This document shows positions 63,049 through 64,000 of a DNA stretch of 64,000 nt, one piece after another; within the stretch, counting starts at the first letter, position 1; every line of letters begins with the position of its first letter. The notes under the pieces are model-generated. The model did no database searches. It saw only the letters and a list, made by a program, of their open reading frames with translations, and was not told the DNA's origin. Source of the stretch: an uncultured Candidatus Entotheonella sp. (GTDB lineage Bacteria > Tectomicrobia > Entotheonellia > Entotheonellales > Entotheonellaceae); assembly GCA_965217185.1 (NCBI GenBank), contig OZ244252.1:2336001-2400000 (forward strand), in the 5' to 3' direction. Both the position numbers and the translations under genes were made by a program.

Positions 63049-64000
63049 ATGACTGTCAGTCAAAACCCGGATTACTATCTTGGCCTTGTGCGTGAACTGT
63101 GCAAACTGCCGCATGAGACTGGGTGGGTTGAGTTCAAGGTCAATAACAGCGACCCACAGGCTATCGGAGAATACATCTCTGCGCTTGCCAACACAGCAGC
63201 TTTACACGGTCAGGCCCATGCGTACATGCTGTGGGGCATTGACAACGGGACGCATGACGTCGTCGGCACACTCTTTTCCCCGGCCACAAAGAGGAAAGAA
63301 AACGAGCCGCTTGAGACTTGGCTGCTACGTCTTCTGAAACCTCGTGTCGCCTTCCGATTCCATGAAGTCCTGGGCAACGAGCATCACGTCATCCTCCTGG
63401 AAATTGATCCTGCAAGGCGATACCCCGTCGCGTTCTCGGACGTCGAATTCATCTGCGTGGGCAGTGTGAAGAAAAAAACTCAAAGGTTTCCCCGAAAAAG
63501 AACAGGCGCTGTGGCAGGTATTCAACACCGTTATGTTCGAGGATGGCATCGCGGCAGAACGGATGAGTGCCGAGGATGTGCTGCTCACACTCGACTATCC
63601 GGCGTATTTCGCCTTGCTCAATGCACCGCTGCCAGATGGCCACGCGGCTATTCTCAATGCCTTGCAGCGGGACCGGCTGATCAGACCTTGCGAGGCAGGC
63701 GGCTTCGACGTCATGAACCTCGGCGCGATATTGTTTGCGAAACGGCTTGACGACTTCTCGGGGCTAAAACGTAAAGCGGCACGGGTAATCCAATATCGCG
63801 GCACCGGCCGCACGGAGACGATCAAGGAACAAGAGGGTAACCGAGGTTACGCCAGCGAATTTGAGGGTCTGGTCGCCTACGTCAATGCGGCGTTGCCTGC
63901 AAACGAGGTCGTCAGACAAGCGCTACGCGAGACGGTGCCGATGTACCCCGAAATAGCGGTGCGCGAGCTTGGTAGCCAACGCCCTCATTCACCAGGACTT
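63049..64000 (+). pseudogene. AlbA_2 + HATPase_c_4 family gene, frameshifted, 3'-partial
   Basis: WVEFKVN, YISALAN, WGIDN; +1 shift at A7 (63472-63478) and another near 63970 before VANALIHQD. Confidence 0.75.

Overview
GC-rich bacterial window. The Pup-proteasome genes, LLM/SDR/AOR enzymes and eukaryote-like repeat protein are reminiscent of Nitrospinae/Ca. Tectomicrobia-type sponge symbionts; this taxonomy is inference only. Housekeeping blocks are dop-pup-prcB-prcA-pafA-ddl, sucCD-ndk, rsmA, lepB, surA-pyrR-pyrB-pyrC-carA-carB-pyrD and purC. Defence island 1 is a type III-like Res with a VapB-like tail, PIN, Mod and a RelE-like/UvrD helicase. Defence island 2 is a type I R-M system whose hsdS is split by a 191-bp MITE, next to an Ec67-type RT-TOPRIM retron with a clear msr-msd ncRNA, split by a decayed IS5. 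In silico excision of either insertion restores the reading frame exactly. Also present: an integrase-less attC cassette array carrying toxin-antitoxin genes, a 21-repeat RCC1-like secreted protein, a MoxR-DUF58-vWA cluster, a B12-binding radical-SAM homologue lacking CxxxCxxC, and a family of ~21-51-bp C/G-rich palindromes found both intergenically and translated in-frame inside CarB (twice) and PyrC.
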